Source: Vicugna vicugna (taxonomy: Eukaryota). Taken from it: a stretch of 64,000 bases of DNA. This document shows, one piece after another, positions 1 through 12,834 of the stretch (within the stretch, counting starts at the first letter, position 1; every line of letters begins with the position of its first letter). The stretch spans positions 6,134,792 through 6,198,791 of the forward strand of contig MU058384.1 in the NCBI GenBank assembly GCA_013265495.1, read 5' to 3'. The notes beneath the pieces are model-generated. The model made no database searches. It had not been told where the DNA came from and worked only from the letters and a program-made list of their open reading frames with translations. The position numbers and the translations under genes are program-made.

Positions 1-440
1 AGATAAGGAGTATCATAATTACAACAGAGAAAGCAATGTTACTATCAATTACAAAAAATATCTATAGAGCACAAACTAAAAACCTGCCAGAAATAATCAA
101 AAAATCATTGGGAATACAAGTCATAATAGTAATGTAAAAAGCATTAACTTTCCCTCTTATATACAACAGAAAGCTATGGTGTATAACAAATTGGCAAGAT
201 CGCATTCAAAATGGCAAAAACAATGCAGCAACCATAGCATATATGCAACAAGAAATATGAAAGACTTTATGAAGAAATTTTTGAAACTTTCATGAAGCAC
301 CTGAAAAACAACTAGAAAAAATGGATCTTACAAAGATATCCATTCTCTAAGTTCATCTGTAGATTTTGGGCATTCTCAAACAAAGGTCAATATGACTTGG
401 GGTGGAGAACAAGTTTGAAAAAAAGATCTAAATTTGTTTC
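1..440 (+). mobile_element. Old, degraded LINE-1 ORF2 fragment (L1M-type)
   Basis: A-rich sequence resembling L1 ORF2, e.g. cattcaaaatggcaaaaa...aacaagaaatatgaaagactttatgaagaaa. Confidence 0.55.
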
Positions 441-3400
441 TACTAGTCAACAGGTAAATATAACCAGGGAAAATGTTGGTTTGTAAATCCTACTTTGCCA
501 ATCTCCTAGTTTTTGAGGATGAAAGAGAGCAGAAGACGTCCCTGGATGTCCACCCGTACGTAGCAGGGTCGCTGACGGGGGCTTTGGCTCCGGCGGCCCC
601 ACTGGGCCCGGCCAAGCAGGAGAGGACAACGCCAGCAGCTGTGAGCCCTCACACAACATCTCACTTAAAATGTCATGTGTGCTACTTGGTTTAAATTGTC
701 ACCCCTCCAGCAACCACAAACAATGCAGACGCAGCAGATGTGTTTTCTATTTAGAATTAAACAGTTTATCTCAACCACTGTCATTGTTATAGAGAAAAAA
801 TAAATAAATATCCATCTTAATGTAAACTTCAAAAGGTACTTTCTGGCAACGGGTGATATTTTCAAATCCAAAGTCCTCTGAGAAAACTAGGATTTGACCA
901 CAGACTTTTTTTCAAATTGGGATGCTGGCAGCTCCAAGAGTAGTAAAACACAGCCTGGTCAAAAGATTTCTGGCCAGATATTACATACAATAACTCATGT
1001 CATTGATGCTTAATGGTCCAAAACATTAAGTAAACATCATAAATGTCTTTTGTTATTAAATGTTCCATTCAAACATTTTGTTTAACTCTCGGGTAATGGA
1101 TAGAAAATAAGAAAGCTGTGGTAAAGACTGGCCCTCGTGACAATCTCTTATTCACCTTTCAAAGATTTTTTTTTTAAATGTAAGTCACCCTCAAAGTAAC
1201 GGAAAGAAACTAGCACTTCTATCCTATGGTATATGCATTCTATCTCTGGAAGTTAGGCTACTTGTAAGCTTGACTTTGTTAGGTCAAGTTCAAATTACCA
1301 CCCATGTATTCAGAAGACTATAACTTTGTTCTCTCTAAAGTTGGGAAGTCAGCCTTCCTCTGTGATAACTAAAGTAGAAATATGGGTGTTTTCTTAATGT
1401 GAGGTTACAAAGACAGGAAAAATGCTACTTTTCAAAGATCATTTTGCAAGAATAACAATTGCTGTAGTAAAAGGAAAACCAAAATTGGTTTGTTGGGAAA
1501 AAAAAAAAAGACCTATCAAGACAGTAATCACCTAGTACACTCCGCTCCAGTCCACATATTTCGACATAAATGCATTTGTGTTTCCATAATCTGAAAGTTC
1601 CATTTAGTCATTAAAACATGACTCATTTTATCCTGGATCTAACCTTAGCTTTTCTCTTGTAGTGTTGTTGTTGTTGTTTTTAAATCTGTAGTTAAACATC
1701 AGTGAAAAGCCCTGCAATGACATTTCACTTGTATTTTTCCATGGAGCTGCTTTTCTTCCAATTTCAATGAAGACAGTTGTTCAGCTCCCCTACTTGGATT
1801 ATATGCTCTCATAAGTGCAAAATGCTGACAGAGTTGTGTTTCTGGTTCTATTAGGGAGGAGAACATCCAAAGACCACAAACCAAATGGCCTTCCATTTCT
1901 ACTGTGTAATTTTTATGCAAAGAAAATCTAAAATCACATTTGTTATGTTGCATCCCATCTCAGTTGATTCTCACTGTATGGTTTACACCATATGCAGGAA
2001 GCCCTCCACATTTTGGGGAGAAGGGTACCTGCATTATTCTAAGTTAATGCAATTTTCTAAATGAAACTCCTAGAAGTTTATGTTTTCAATGTGTATCTAT
2101 GATTTACTTGTTTATTCATCCACTTACTCAGTGTTTCATCTGACAGTTAAGTATTGAACATCTACTATGTGATAAATGATGGCCAATAGCTTCCTTGATG
2201 GAGTTGCTAGTTAGACTCCAGCCCATCCGCCATGTCTCTCTTCCTGCCGGAACAAATACAGTTTTCTCTGTGTGCAAAATTCATTCAGATTCCTTTAAGA
2301 CAATCCCTCCCTGTATCTTTTGTGGAACAACCAAGAGCATTTTGTTACACTCTGAACTATATTTACATAGTATCCAGAGCCATAGATTATGCAAATGAAT
2401 GACATAAAACATAGCAGGATTGTGCAATTTTATAATAAAAGCAGTAACAGGAAGGGAAGAACAGCAACAACAAAGATGCTGTTATTTCTCTTCTGAGCTG
2501 GGCAAAAACCAAATATTCCTAACAATTATTCTAAAGCATTTGATTTTTCATTGGCTTCAGGATGCAACACCAAAACAAGTACTTAAAGGGATGTTTTTGA
2601 AAAATACTCCATAAGCAAGTATGTAATGAGGAAATCGATAACATGTTTTTTCTCTATCAAAAAGCCTTCGAATGTCTTGCTGTCAAACTACTATTCAAGA
2701 AAAGTGATAATTCACGTTTCGACGTCTACATCTTGATGTCACTGTACCACAAAAATACGGCTAGACTGACATTTGAAATCAAAAGAGCAAAAACTCATAG
2801 ATACTGTGAGGGGAATGAAGAATGATAATATATGATATGTATAATAATAAAAATGGGCTTCTGGATTCTTTTTATCTGCTTTTATGGCAATGAAAGCTAT
2901 ATCGGATTTTTGGAAAAGAAAATATTTTAGTAATCAAACTTGTCAGTCAATTTCTAGAAGAAGTCCCTTTTGATTAAAGAATAAAAATGGTGGGGTGGGG
3001 GGACGGGGGAACTGTGAACTTCTCCTGAGGAAATTAATAAATATTGAAGCCTGGATTCTGGAGTATGAAAATCTTACATATCATTCTATTCTTCCTTTTT
3101 CACTGCATTAAATGACATCACACATTGAGAGAAATGTATGCATCAACTTGATTAAAATATCAAAGAACATTTTTATACTTTGTTGGTTGAGGAAAATTTT
3201 TAAATATTCTTGTCCTGAAAAATCCCTCTAATGCTAACTCCTACAGAGCTATTAATAAAATGACTCCCCTTAGAGACTTTCTCTCAGCAATTACAGAGCA
3301 TGCGGCCTATTAAAATTGTATTAGAAATCCTCTAATTTACTTCTGGTAAAAAAGCACAAAGATTTCTTCCATTCTGAGGCTTATAAATGACAATTGGGTC

Positions 3401-4389
3401 CCTCATTCACTTAGCTAAGGAGTTATGCTTTGAAGCAAGTTTGTACACATATGCAAAAGCATCCTTTAAAAAGAGGAAGGCAATACAGAAAGGAATAAGA
3501 ACTGTGAGCTGGGAACCAGGATGCCAGGGTTCTGGTCCTCAGCTGAAGCCAGTGTGAACATTAAGGTCCAAAGGTGATGTTCTCTCTACTTCTGTTTCCC
3601 TCTTTGAAGACTCACGTCTTTAACTGAATAAGCACTTAGAATAAGTAAAATACATGAAAACTCTTGCATTACACTCTAAAAAGGAAAAACATAATTGCAG
3701 AAGTCCTATATGATGAAATTAGTTATTACTTCCTCTTAGGATTACAGAGGAAATGAACATAATGGGATCAATAAGCAAGGCAATAATGAGACGCATTTTA
3801 AACTAATGGTAAGCGTACTATCATCATGAAACTATTATTACAGTTATTATCAAGCCTACCATTTTAGACACAGTAGAACATGATGAGCCAAGGCAGGGCC
3901 TTCATTTCAAATGGAAAGAAGTTATCTTAAGATATCTTGGCTCTCCTAAGAGTAGTTGGTTCATAAATTGATTACAAGGTATTCCTGTTAGCTTTTAGTT
4001 AACGTTCTCTTTTTTAATTTTTTTTAAAGGTATTCGGAGATCAGATATTCCCCCTGGCTCAAAGTGGTCCTGAGATTACAAGAGAGTGTTAGTGTTTACA
4101 TATCCTCATGGATGGGAGGAGCATGAGACAGTAGAAAATGTTGGACCCTCACACTTGTGACCAACTTTTTTGGCAAGAAATCTCTTTCAATACTATTAAT
4201 GGCTAAACCTCTGTAGACAGTAGATTGGCCAGAGCTTTTTCAGTTGCAAGTGGCATAAATCTGAATGAATTTGAGTTCATATTACCAAATCAGGAAGGGT
4301 AGGGGTGGAGCTGAATACGGATGGCTCATCCTAGATCCTGAACCCTGTCGGTTAATTCCCACCCCACCTCTGTCTTCTATCTTTATCTC

Positions 4390-4720
4390 ATGTTCCAGTG
4401 ACTGCCTTACACAATGGGGATAGAACAGTAAATAAACAAATTAAGCAGATAGATCTTTCCTCCCTTATTAGCTTACATTGTTTCATAAACTTTAAGCATG
4501 AGTTTGATGAATCACATAGAGACGGGGAAAGGGCATTCCTAGAAGAGAAGGAAGCATGAGCAAACGTACAGAGGGAGGGAAGTGCCCGTGATGGAACATG
4601 CCAGTAACAGCCAAGGATGGCTGGAACACAGGTCATGTGCGGGCATGAAGAGGGCCATGAAAACCAAGATGGAGTCAAATGCCAAAGGGCTATCATTGCC
4701 ACAGTAAGGAGTCAAGAGCT
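4390..4720 (-). mobile_element. LINE-2 fragment
   Basis: ggggatagaacagtaaataaac...agcttacatt...aaagggcattcctagaagagaag matches the antisense of the L2 3' region. Confidence 0.5.
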
Positions 4721-4879
4721 AACACATCATTTTGAAGATGAGTAAACAGAATTTGGAAACAGATCATAGGTAAAGAGGAGAGAAATGTCAAACAGGAGTG
4801 TAACGTTTTTAACTCTAGAAGCTGAAAGAGCATTCTCACCCTCTCCACTCACCTTCCCACACGGCCACACCAAATTATG

Positions 4880-5423
4880 ATGTGTCAGTGGATTCCTCAG
4901 GCTTCTCCAGAGAAACAGAACCGATAAGGTTAAATAATACAGAAAGATACTTATCGCAAGAAATTGGCTCACGGGATTATGGAGGCTGAGAAGTCCCAAG
5001 ATCTGTAGTCAGCAAGCTGGAGACACAAAAGGGCCAATGGTGTAGTTTCACTTTTAATTTAAAGGCCTGAGAACCAGGAGGGCCAATAGTCTAAGTTACA
5101 TAAACCTTCAGGCTCAACACCCAAGAAGCGTCAGTGTTTCAGCTGGAATCTGAAGGCAGGAAAAGACTAGCGTTCTAGCTCAGTAGTTAGGCAGGAGTTT
5201 CCTCTAAATTGCAGGAAGGCCATCTTTATTGTTCTATAAAGACCTTCAACTGATTGGATGAGCCCCTCCCCTCATTAGGGAAAGGAATCTGTTTTGCACA
5301 GCCTACAGATTCAAGTGAGCATCACATCCCAAATCTCCCTCCCAGGCACACCCAGAATTATGCTTAACCAAAATATCTGGGCACCTTGTGGCCCAGTCAA
5401 GTTGACATATAAAATTAGTCACA
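4880..5423 (-). mobile_element. ERVL LTR, MLT2 family
   Basis: Diagnostic motifs ttctccagagaaacagaacc, aattggctcacgggattatggaggctgagaagtcccaagatctg and the terminal ggcccagtcaagttgacatataaaatta. Confidence 0.85.
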
Positions 5424-5819
5424 GTTGGGTTTAGGTATATTTCCAGCCTTTGTTCATGGGAGTTCTTCTCTTTGAAATACTTAACTGGGGGGTAAAGAGG
5501 GTCCTCCCTTTACCCCCCAGTTCCATTAGCCACCATCATTATCCTTGAGGATATCTCCATGTCCTTTAAGAATTTTCCCAAATGTCATTTTTGAAGTGTT
5601 CCCTAAAGCCCTGCACCCACACTAAGCCATACAAGGCATGGTCTAGTTCACACAGCACTTTGCACATGCTTCCAACGTAGCACATATCAGATTAGTTTAT
5701 TAGTTCAAACATCTTTCATCTTATATTAATATGTGAGTCCTCCAAAGAAACAGATCATGTTATTTTTAACTATTATTTCATTGTGTTAAAAATATATGTA
5801 AACATAAAAATTTGCCATT

Positions 5820-6075
5820 TTTACTATATGATGCAGGAATTCTACTCTGAGGTGTACACTCAAAAGAATCAAAAATAGGATTTAAACAGATACTCACACA
5901 CCAATGTTCACAGCAGTGTTACTATAGCCTGAAGGTGAAAAGAACCCAAGTACCTATCACCTATCAAAAGAGGAATGGATAAACCCGATGTGGTATGCTG
6001 ACACAAGGGAGACGAGTTCTGGTAAATGCTACAACATGGATGAACCTTGGGACAGTGCTAACTGAAATAAGCTGA
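5820..6075 (+). mobile_element. L1MB-like 3' fragment
   Basis: caatgttcacagcag...gaatggataaac...tgctacaacatggatgaaccttg...tgctaactgaaataagc. Confidence 0.75.
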
Positions 6076-6144
6076 CCATGTTTCACTCATCCTCATGCAT
6101 CTACCACTTAACACGGCTCCTGGCATGTGATTTCCAGTACAGAT

Positions 6145-6360
6145 TTGGAGCCAGAGTTCCTGAGTTCAAACCTCGGAAACTTCATTTCCTAGTTAACTGA
6201 TTTGGGAAAGTGATTTAACCTCATTCTCCTCATTTGAAAAGTGGGGGTAGAAACTGTGCCTATGTTGTAGGGTTATTACTTGGATTAAATAACTTAACTT
6301 GTAAGGAGCTTAGAATAATATCTGAAACACAGCACCAGCAAGTGTTCATTATTATTATTT
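6145..6360 (+). mobile_element. MIR SINE
   Basis: ggagccagagttcctgagttcaaacctcgg...ttgggaaagtgatttaacctc...ctcatttgaaaagtggg core. Confidence 0.75.
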
Positions 6361-6519
6361 TTATTCCTTGTTATCATTTAATGGATTTATAGATGAGATG
6401 CAGGTTGGAGAAGGTGTTATTAACATTTGAGAGACAAAGCTTTTAGGAAAGAACTGTGAAGGCTAAGAAGACTGACACTATTTTAAAAGGCATTTTGTGT
6501 GGCCATGTCATAGACAGCA

Positions 6520-6752
6520 AACAAGAATGGGCTCTGAAGTCACAGTGACGTATCTCCCAAATATGAATCATGGCTTCACCATGCACTCGCTACGTGGCTC
6601 TGGGTAAACTACTCACTGTCGGAGCCTCAGTTTTCTTTTCTAAAGTGGGGCTAGTGAGATTTGTTATGAGAACTAAATGAAATAATGCATATAAAATGCT
6701 TAGCATAGTTCCTGACACAAATTAAGCACTCGATAAGTGGTAGCTACTATTA
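6520..6752 (+). mobile_element. MIR SINE
   Basis: gagcctcagttttcttttctaaagtgggg...aaatgaaataatgcatataaaatgcttagcatagttcctgacaca. Confidence 0.8.
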
Positions 6753-6836
6753 ACAATGTTAAACAAGATAGTCTTCACTGAGTTCTTGACACTCTTTGAT
6801 CAAAAACATTAGTCCATGATTTTAAATATTCTATCC

Positions 6837-7003
6837 CACTGTTTAACATAGAGAATTATATTCAATACCTTGTAATAGCCTATAATGGAAAAGAGTATGG
6901 AAAGGAATATATACATGTGTGTGTAACTGAATCACTCGGCTGTACACCAGATATTAACACAACTTTGTAAACCAACTACACTTCAATCAAAAAAAATAAA
7001 AAA
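6837..7003 (+). mobile_element. 5'-truncated cetartiodactyl L1 3' tail
   Basis: tatattcaataccttgtaatagcctataatggaaaag...aactacacttcaat plus A tail. Imperfect TSD taaatat(t/c)cta at 6823-6833 and 7004-7014. Confidence 0.85.
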
Positions 7004-8587
7004 TAAATATCCTAACCAGGTGACTTCATCCACAACTTCAAATCAATGACAGTCTACTTTATATTGGGATTGGATTTTAACCATTTTTCCAGATTACCTA
7101 CATATTCGATACTAAACACGACATTCCTCTGAAATTGATCTCAATCATCCATTACCTCCTAGACATTGAGGAGAAAAGTTCTTCAGCTTTGTGTAATATC
7201 AAGCTCAGTGCATGTCCTAGTTTTAAAAATAAGACAATTATGCAGATGGAGAGAACAGATGGATTGGATCGGTGAGTGTTTATCATTTTTTAATATTTTG
7301 AAACCAGATGTGCTACGTACACATTGCTGGTTGCCTTCTAAGGAAGCTTCACTGGTGGGACACTAATCTTTAATAAGAAATTACAACATTTTCATACAGC
7401 TTAAATCAACTATTTTTAATATACAATTGGACAACCACTGCTGCGATCCTTTAGAAAATAGAAAACAGATGCTTAATAGAAGGAATACTATCAGCCAGGA
7501 AATTCCTGATGATCTTTTTATAGAATGTAAACTTACATATTTTATGGGTCTTTTAATGAACTGCTATAGAACAACTTCAGCAGTCAAAACATTTCATGAA
7601 AATAGACGTGAACAATTTGTCACTTGTTACCATGTTCACAGAAAATCCTTCAGTTGCACTCCTGGGAAAACGGGCATGTTAGTGGCTCTTACTATGTTAT
7701 TAACAACATCTGTTATTTACCGTAGATCTGATTGGATACAATGGAGAAAGGAGGAGTTAGGATAAACAAACTGAGATGCTTCTGTTTCTCTAGGTGTTTC
7801 TGTTGGACCTGGCAAAGGTCCCTCGCTAGATATGAATACTGTGCTAATTGTGCTGGGAGTGGCACAGCGGGGTAAGGCCAGGGATTGTGTTCTATTTCAG
7901 GGATCCCTTTAGTAGAGAAAAGCTCAACAGGGACTTGGAACCTTATGAGCAGGATTGTGGATTAGAAGAGTTTAAAAGGAGCCTACTATTCACCCACTGG
8001 GGCAACACCCTAACCAATCTTCCATTGGTTCGGTCCAACTGTGAAACTGATAAAAGAAAGTAGCAAGCAATAGTCACCTTCTTCCATTTCTGAATTTGCC
8101 TCTGCTGGATGTCTCCTGTACCTCCACAAGGTGGGACATAGAAGCAAGGATTGAGAGAGTGGGAATTTACCCTTCCTGTATCTCTACCCATCACTTATGT
8201 TTATCTCTTACATCTTTTGTTATCCTCTGTGATTTTTAATGCTTGTTTAGAATATGAGGGAGTAGGACGGAAAAAAGGAAAAGAAAAAAGTAGAAGAGAT
8301 GATAGAAAACTTAAAGAGCAATGTAAGTACTCTGCCCTCAGCATCATCCTAAAAGAAGACGGTAGGTTTTTAAACAAAACAAGATGAAATAATGTAGTCT
8401 CTTACCCATTCCATCTCAGCAATATCCATGGGAAAAGATGAGGACTAATTGTATGATGGTGCTAAAGTCATTAAGTTTAGAATAGAAAGGTATGCAGACA
8501 CAATTTCCTCTCCTAGAAGTATGTGAAAACAATTTCCTTTGTTTAAAAAATGTTTTTGCTCTTAAAATTTTTAGGGAGCTTTAAAAA

Positions 8588-9422
8588 CCTGTCAGAATGG
8601 CTATTATTTAAAAACACACACACACACACACAAAAATAATTGTTGACAAGGATGCGGAGAAAAGGAAACCCTTGTACACTATTGATGGGAATGTAAACTG
8701 GTTCAGTCACTATAGAAAACAGTATAGAGGTTCTTCAAAAAACTAAAACTAGAATCACCATATGACCCAGCAATTCCTGGACATATATCTGAAAAAAACA
8801 AAAACACTCATTCTGAAAGGATACATGCACCCCAATGTTCCTAGCAGCAGTATTTACAATTGCCAAAATATGGAAGCAAGCTAAGTGTCAACCAATAGAT
8901 AAATGGATAAAGATGTGATATATATATATATATGTATATGTGTGTGTGTGTATATATATATATATAAAATAGACATATATACACAATGGAATACCACTCA
9001 GTCATAAAAAGGAATGAAGTTTTGCCATTTACAACAACATGGATGGACTTGGAAGGTATTGTGCTAAGTGAAGTAAGTCAGACAGAGAAAGACAAGTACG
9101 ATATCAGTTATATGTGGAATCTAAAAAACAATCTAGTGAATATAACAAAAAAAAGCAGGCTCACAGATATAGAAAACCAACTAGTGGTTACTAGTGGGGA
9201 GAGGGAAGGAAGGGGCTGCAAGGTAGGAGTAGAGAATTAAGATGCACAAACTACTATGTATAAAATAAATAAACTACAAGGATATATTATACAATACAGG
9301 GGATATAGTCAGTATTTTATAAAAACTATAAATGGAATATATCTTAAAAATTGTGAATCACTACATCGTACACCTGAAACTTATATAAAATTATACATCA
9401 ACTATACTTCAATTTTAAAAAA
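8588..9422 (+). mobile_element. LINE-1 3' end (ORF2 C-terminus plus 3'UTR) with internal CA and TA/TG microsatellites
   Basis: gtcagaatggctattatt...ggatgcggagaaaaggaaacc...catatgacccagcaattcc...caactatacttcaat. Confidence 0.9.
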
Positions 9423-9861
9423 GAATGATGTACTAATTTGCCTACTAAGTTTACCACATATGGAAATAAAAATGGTACACATGCTCAAAAAAATGGAAAT
9501 ATTGTCATACCAAAAATTTACTGACTGTGGAAAAGTTTAGACTTATAGACGATCTGATCTTTGTAAGAATGAGTGGAAACCTTCATCTTGAAAAAAATAC
9601 GGCATCATGTAGCATCATGACAGTGTTACTAGAAAAAGACACTTAGGATGCCTCATAAGCCTGAGCAGGTAGCAGGAAATGGGCAAGCTCTAGCTACCTG
9701 ATCTTCATGCACAGTTCAAATGAATTAATACCTATTAGTTCCTTCATTCAACACATAATTTTGAGTGTTCTAAATGTGCAAATCTTAGTGCTATGTACTG
9801 TTCAAGATACACAGACATAGTCAACATCTCTTATAGTCTTCTAAAGGTGATAAAAATGAAT

Positions 9862-10380
9862 ACAAACAATGGAATAACACTCAGCCATAAAAAAGAAAAA
9901 ATAATGCCATTTGCAGCAACATAGATGAATCTGGAGATAGTCATTCTAAGTGAAGTAAGTCAGAAAGAGAAAGAAAAACATCATATGATATCTCTCATGT
10001 GTGGAATCTAAAAAAAAGAAGAAAAAGAAAAAAGAGGACACTAATAAACTTATCTACAAAACAGAAACAAACTCACAGACATAGTAAAAAACAGTTATGG
10101 TTACTGGACAGGAATAGGGTGGGAAGGGATAAATTGGGAGTTCAACATTTGTAAATATTAACTACTATGTATAAAATAGATAAAAACCAAATTTCATCTG
10201 TATAGCACAGGGAACTATATTCAATACCTTGTAGTAACCTATAATGAAAAAGAGTATGAAAACAAATATATGTATGTATATGTATGACTGAAGCATTATG
10301 CTGCATACCAGAAATTGACACATCGTAATTGACTATACTTAATCAAATAAAAATTTAAAAATAAACATCAAAAAAATATA
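9862..10380 (+). mobile_element. Cetartiodactyl L1 3' end
   Basis: aatggaataacactcagccataaaaaaga...tatagcacagggaactatattcaatacc plus A-rich tail. Confidence 0.9.
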
Positions 10381-10555
10381 AAATTGGCTGATATTAAGTT
10401 AATTAAATGATTAAGACTTAATATTAACTAAAACACGAATTACTGTAATTAATGCTGGAAAGTGGCAAGTAATATTATATAGATACACATGAAGTGCCAT
10501 GAGAATAGAGAAGGGAAAATGGTGATTAATCAGAGAGGATTTGTGGAGGAGAGAA

Positions 10556-10951
10556 TGTGTTAGTCAGCTCGAGCTGCCATAACAAAATAGCACAGACTGG
10601 GTGGTTTAAACAACAGAAATTTATTTTCTCACAGTCCTGGAGCCCAGAAGTCCAAGCTCAAGGTGCTGTCTGAGTTGGTTTCTTGTGAGGGCTCTCTCCT
10701 GGCTTGTAGAGGCTTGTCATCTTCCTGTGTCCTCACGTAGCCTCTCCTCTGTGTGTGATGAGAGAAAGAGAGATCTCTAATGTCTCTTCCTCTTCTTATG
10801 AGGTCACCAGTCCCATAGGATTAGGGATCCACCCTTATGATCTCATTTAACCTTAATTGCTTCCCTAAAAGCCCTATTGCTAAATAGAGTCACATTGCTG
10901 GTTGAGGCTTTAAAGTAGGAATTTTGAGGGGGCATGATTCAGTCCATAACA
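10556..10951 (-). mobile_element. MaLR LTR (MLT1A-like)
   Basis: TG...CA termini; gctgccataacaaaatagcacagactgggtggtttaaacaacagaaatttatt...attcagtccataaca. Confidence 0.9.
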
Positions 10952-11385
10952 GGTGGTGTGTGAACTAGGCTTGCAAATTTGGATAGAACTTAAAATACAC
11001 GAAGAAGGCCAGTGTTGGAAACAAGGGAAGTAAATAGATAGGAATATGTAGGGTGTACACATAAAATAGGAGTGGTTCCAGATGACTGGACTCAAGGGCC
11101 GTAAAGGGAATTGAACTATAAGGACCATAAAGTAGGAGACAGAATTGGAAAGCTGATTTGGAGATTGAATGGCCGGCTCAAGTTTGGACTTCATTGTTCA
11201 GAGAACGAGGAGTCATTGAAGGTTTATGAGCTGAGGAATGACATGATCAGAGTTGAACTTCAGAGAGATAATTTGTGGGTAGAGTGTAGGAGAGATTGGA
11301 GTGAGTGGAAGCTGGAAGCAGAGAGAACAATTTTTTTTAAAAAAGACTATTGCAATAGTTCAGGGAAAGATATAATCGCTTGAAA
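10952..11385 (-). mobile_element. LINE-2 fragment (continues pieces at ~9740-9860 and ~10440-10555)
   Basis: ggagtcattgaaggtttatgagctgaggaatgacatgatcaga...gactattgcaatagttcagg. Confidence 0.65.
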
Positions 11386-12834
11386 GTTATATCCAATTAA
11401 ATGCAGTCATCATTTTGCTTTAAAAGTGGAATTCTTAATATTTTTCTTATCTCTATTTTTCCATTTAATTTTTGGCATCTTCATCCCGTGGCTTTTGTCT
11501 TGGCATTTGATGTTTGGAAGATTTAATCTCACTATTGAAAAAGTCTTAGAGGCACATTCATGGAATTCACACCCAGCAATTAAGGAATTTTTGGGAATTT
11601 CAAAGGCATAATAAATTATCTGTCAGAGATTCATAATACCCACTATGTAATCGGATTTGCCTACTCATAGGAAATCTTATAGTTTTGGTTTCAGAAAACA
11701 TAGATATTTCACAACGAAAAATGTAACTGTCTGTGAAAAATGCTAAAGTGGGCCATTTGGATTTTATTGAGACATCTGGTATTTAGCTACATAAATTGAC
11801 TACCAAATGAACACTCACCATGTTATCCATACCACTCAAAATAAACATCAATGTGTATTATGTGAATGGGAAATAAAAAACAAAACAGAACAAAAATTCT
11901 CAGCAAAACCTCTTGTGTTAAAAAAAAAAAACCTCTTGTGTAGCAAAAACAGCATGTTTTGTTTGCTTTTTTGCTACCAAGTTGTTTCGTTTTTCATGTT
12001 TTTTTTTCAAAACAATCTCATTTCTTCTTATGATGGAAATCAGCCCATCATTTTATTCACAACCAGAACTCTAACCCCTTTGGCATTGAGCCAGCTGATT
12101 CTTAGCTGAAACAATTTAGTTATTTCTAAATAGCCCCTCTAGTTTAGTTGCTATTTTCTTTCTCAGACTAGAGGCTCAGTGGTTTATAACACATCCTTGC
12201 AGTTTCTCCCCAGTGACAGAATCACAGTTCAGTTCCTAATTTGCAGAGCAATAAATTACATCATTAATCAATGAATAGCTATGGACTTAACAGTTCTGAG
12301 CAAGGCAGTGGGCTAGGCACTGTTGGGAATACAAATGGAACTCCTGTTCACTGACTTTATAGCCTTAGTTTCAGATTTTATTTTAAAAAAATTTCAGGCT
12401 CTCTCCAACCAGAGAACTTGAAATTTCTCTACATTAGCCTGGTCCTGCCCAGCACGGGGGTCACGCGTGCATGTTACTGATGCTTCTCTACTTCCATATT
12501 TCTCTTCCTGCTCTAGAGGCATCTCTGTGCTCCTATTCCACAGCTCTGGCTGCCAGGTAATGCCTGCCACCCATGCAGCAATCTGGTACCTTCTCTTCCT
12601 CTGCCCCAGGTGTTGGTTCATCTTCATACATTCCCAGGACAATGAGTCCATCTGTGCTTCATCAGACTCCAACGGGCGCTCTTCACTAGACCTGCACTGC
12701 ACAGACTAGCAAGTCCTGATCCAGTAGATCCCCAATCCCAGTTTCCAATACCCCATCGAAGCATACGGAGAATCAGCCTTCAAACACAGAAGTGTCTGGG
12801 TTTAAGTAATTAAAGGGGTAGACATTATAGTAAT

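Noticed and set aside
8986..9540. ORFs 8986..9240, 9256..9540, 42206..42433, 42540..42725 and 28750..28959
   Set aside because: All lie within decayed L1 ORF2 or 3'UTR sequence.
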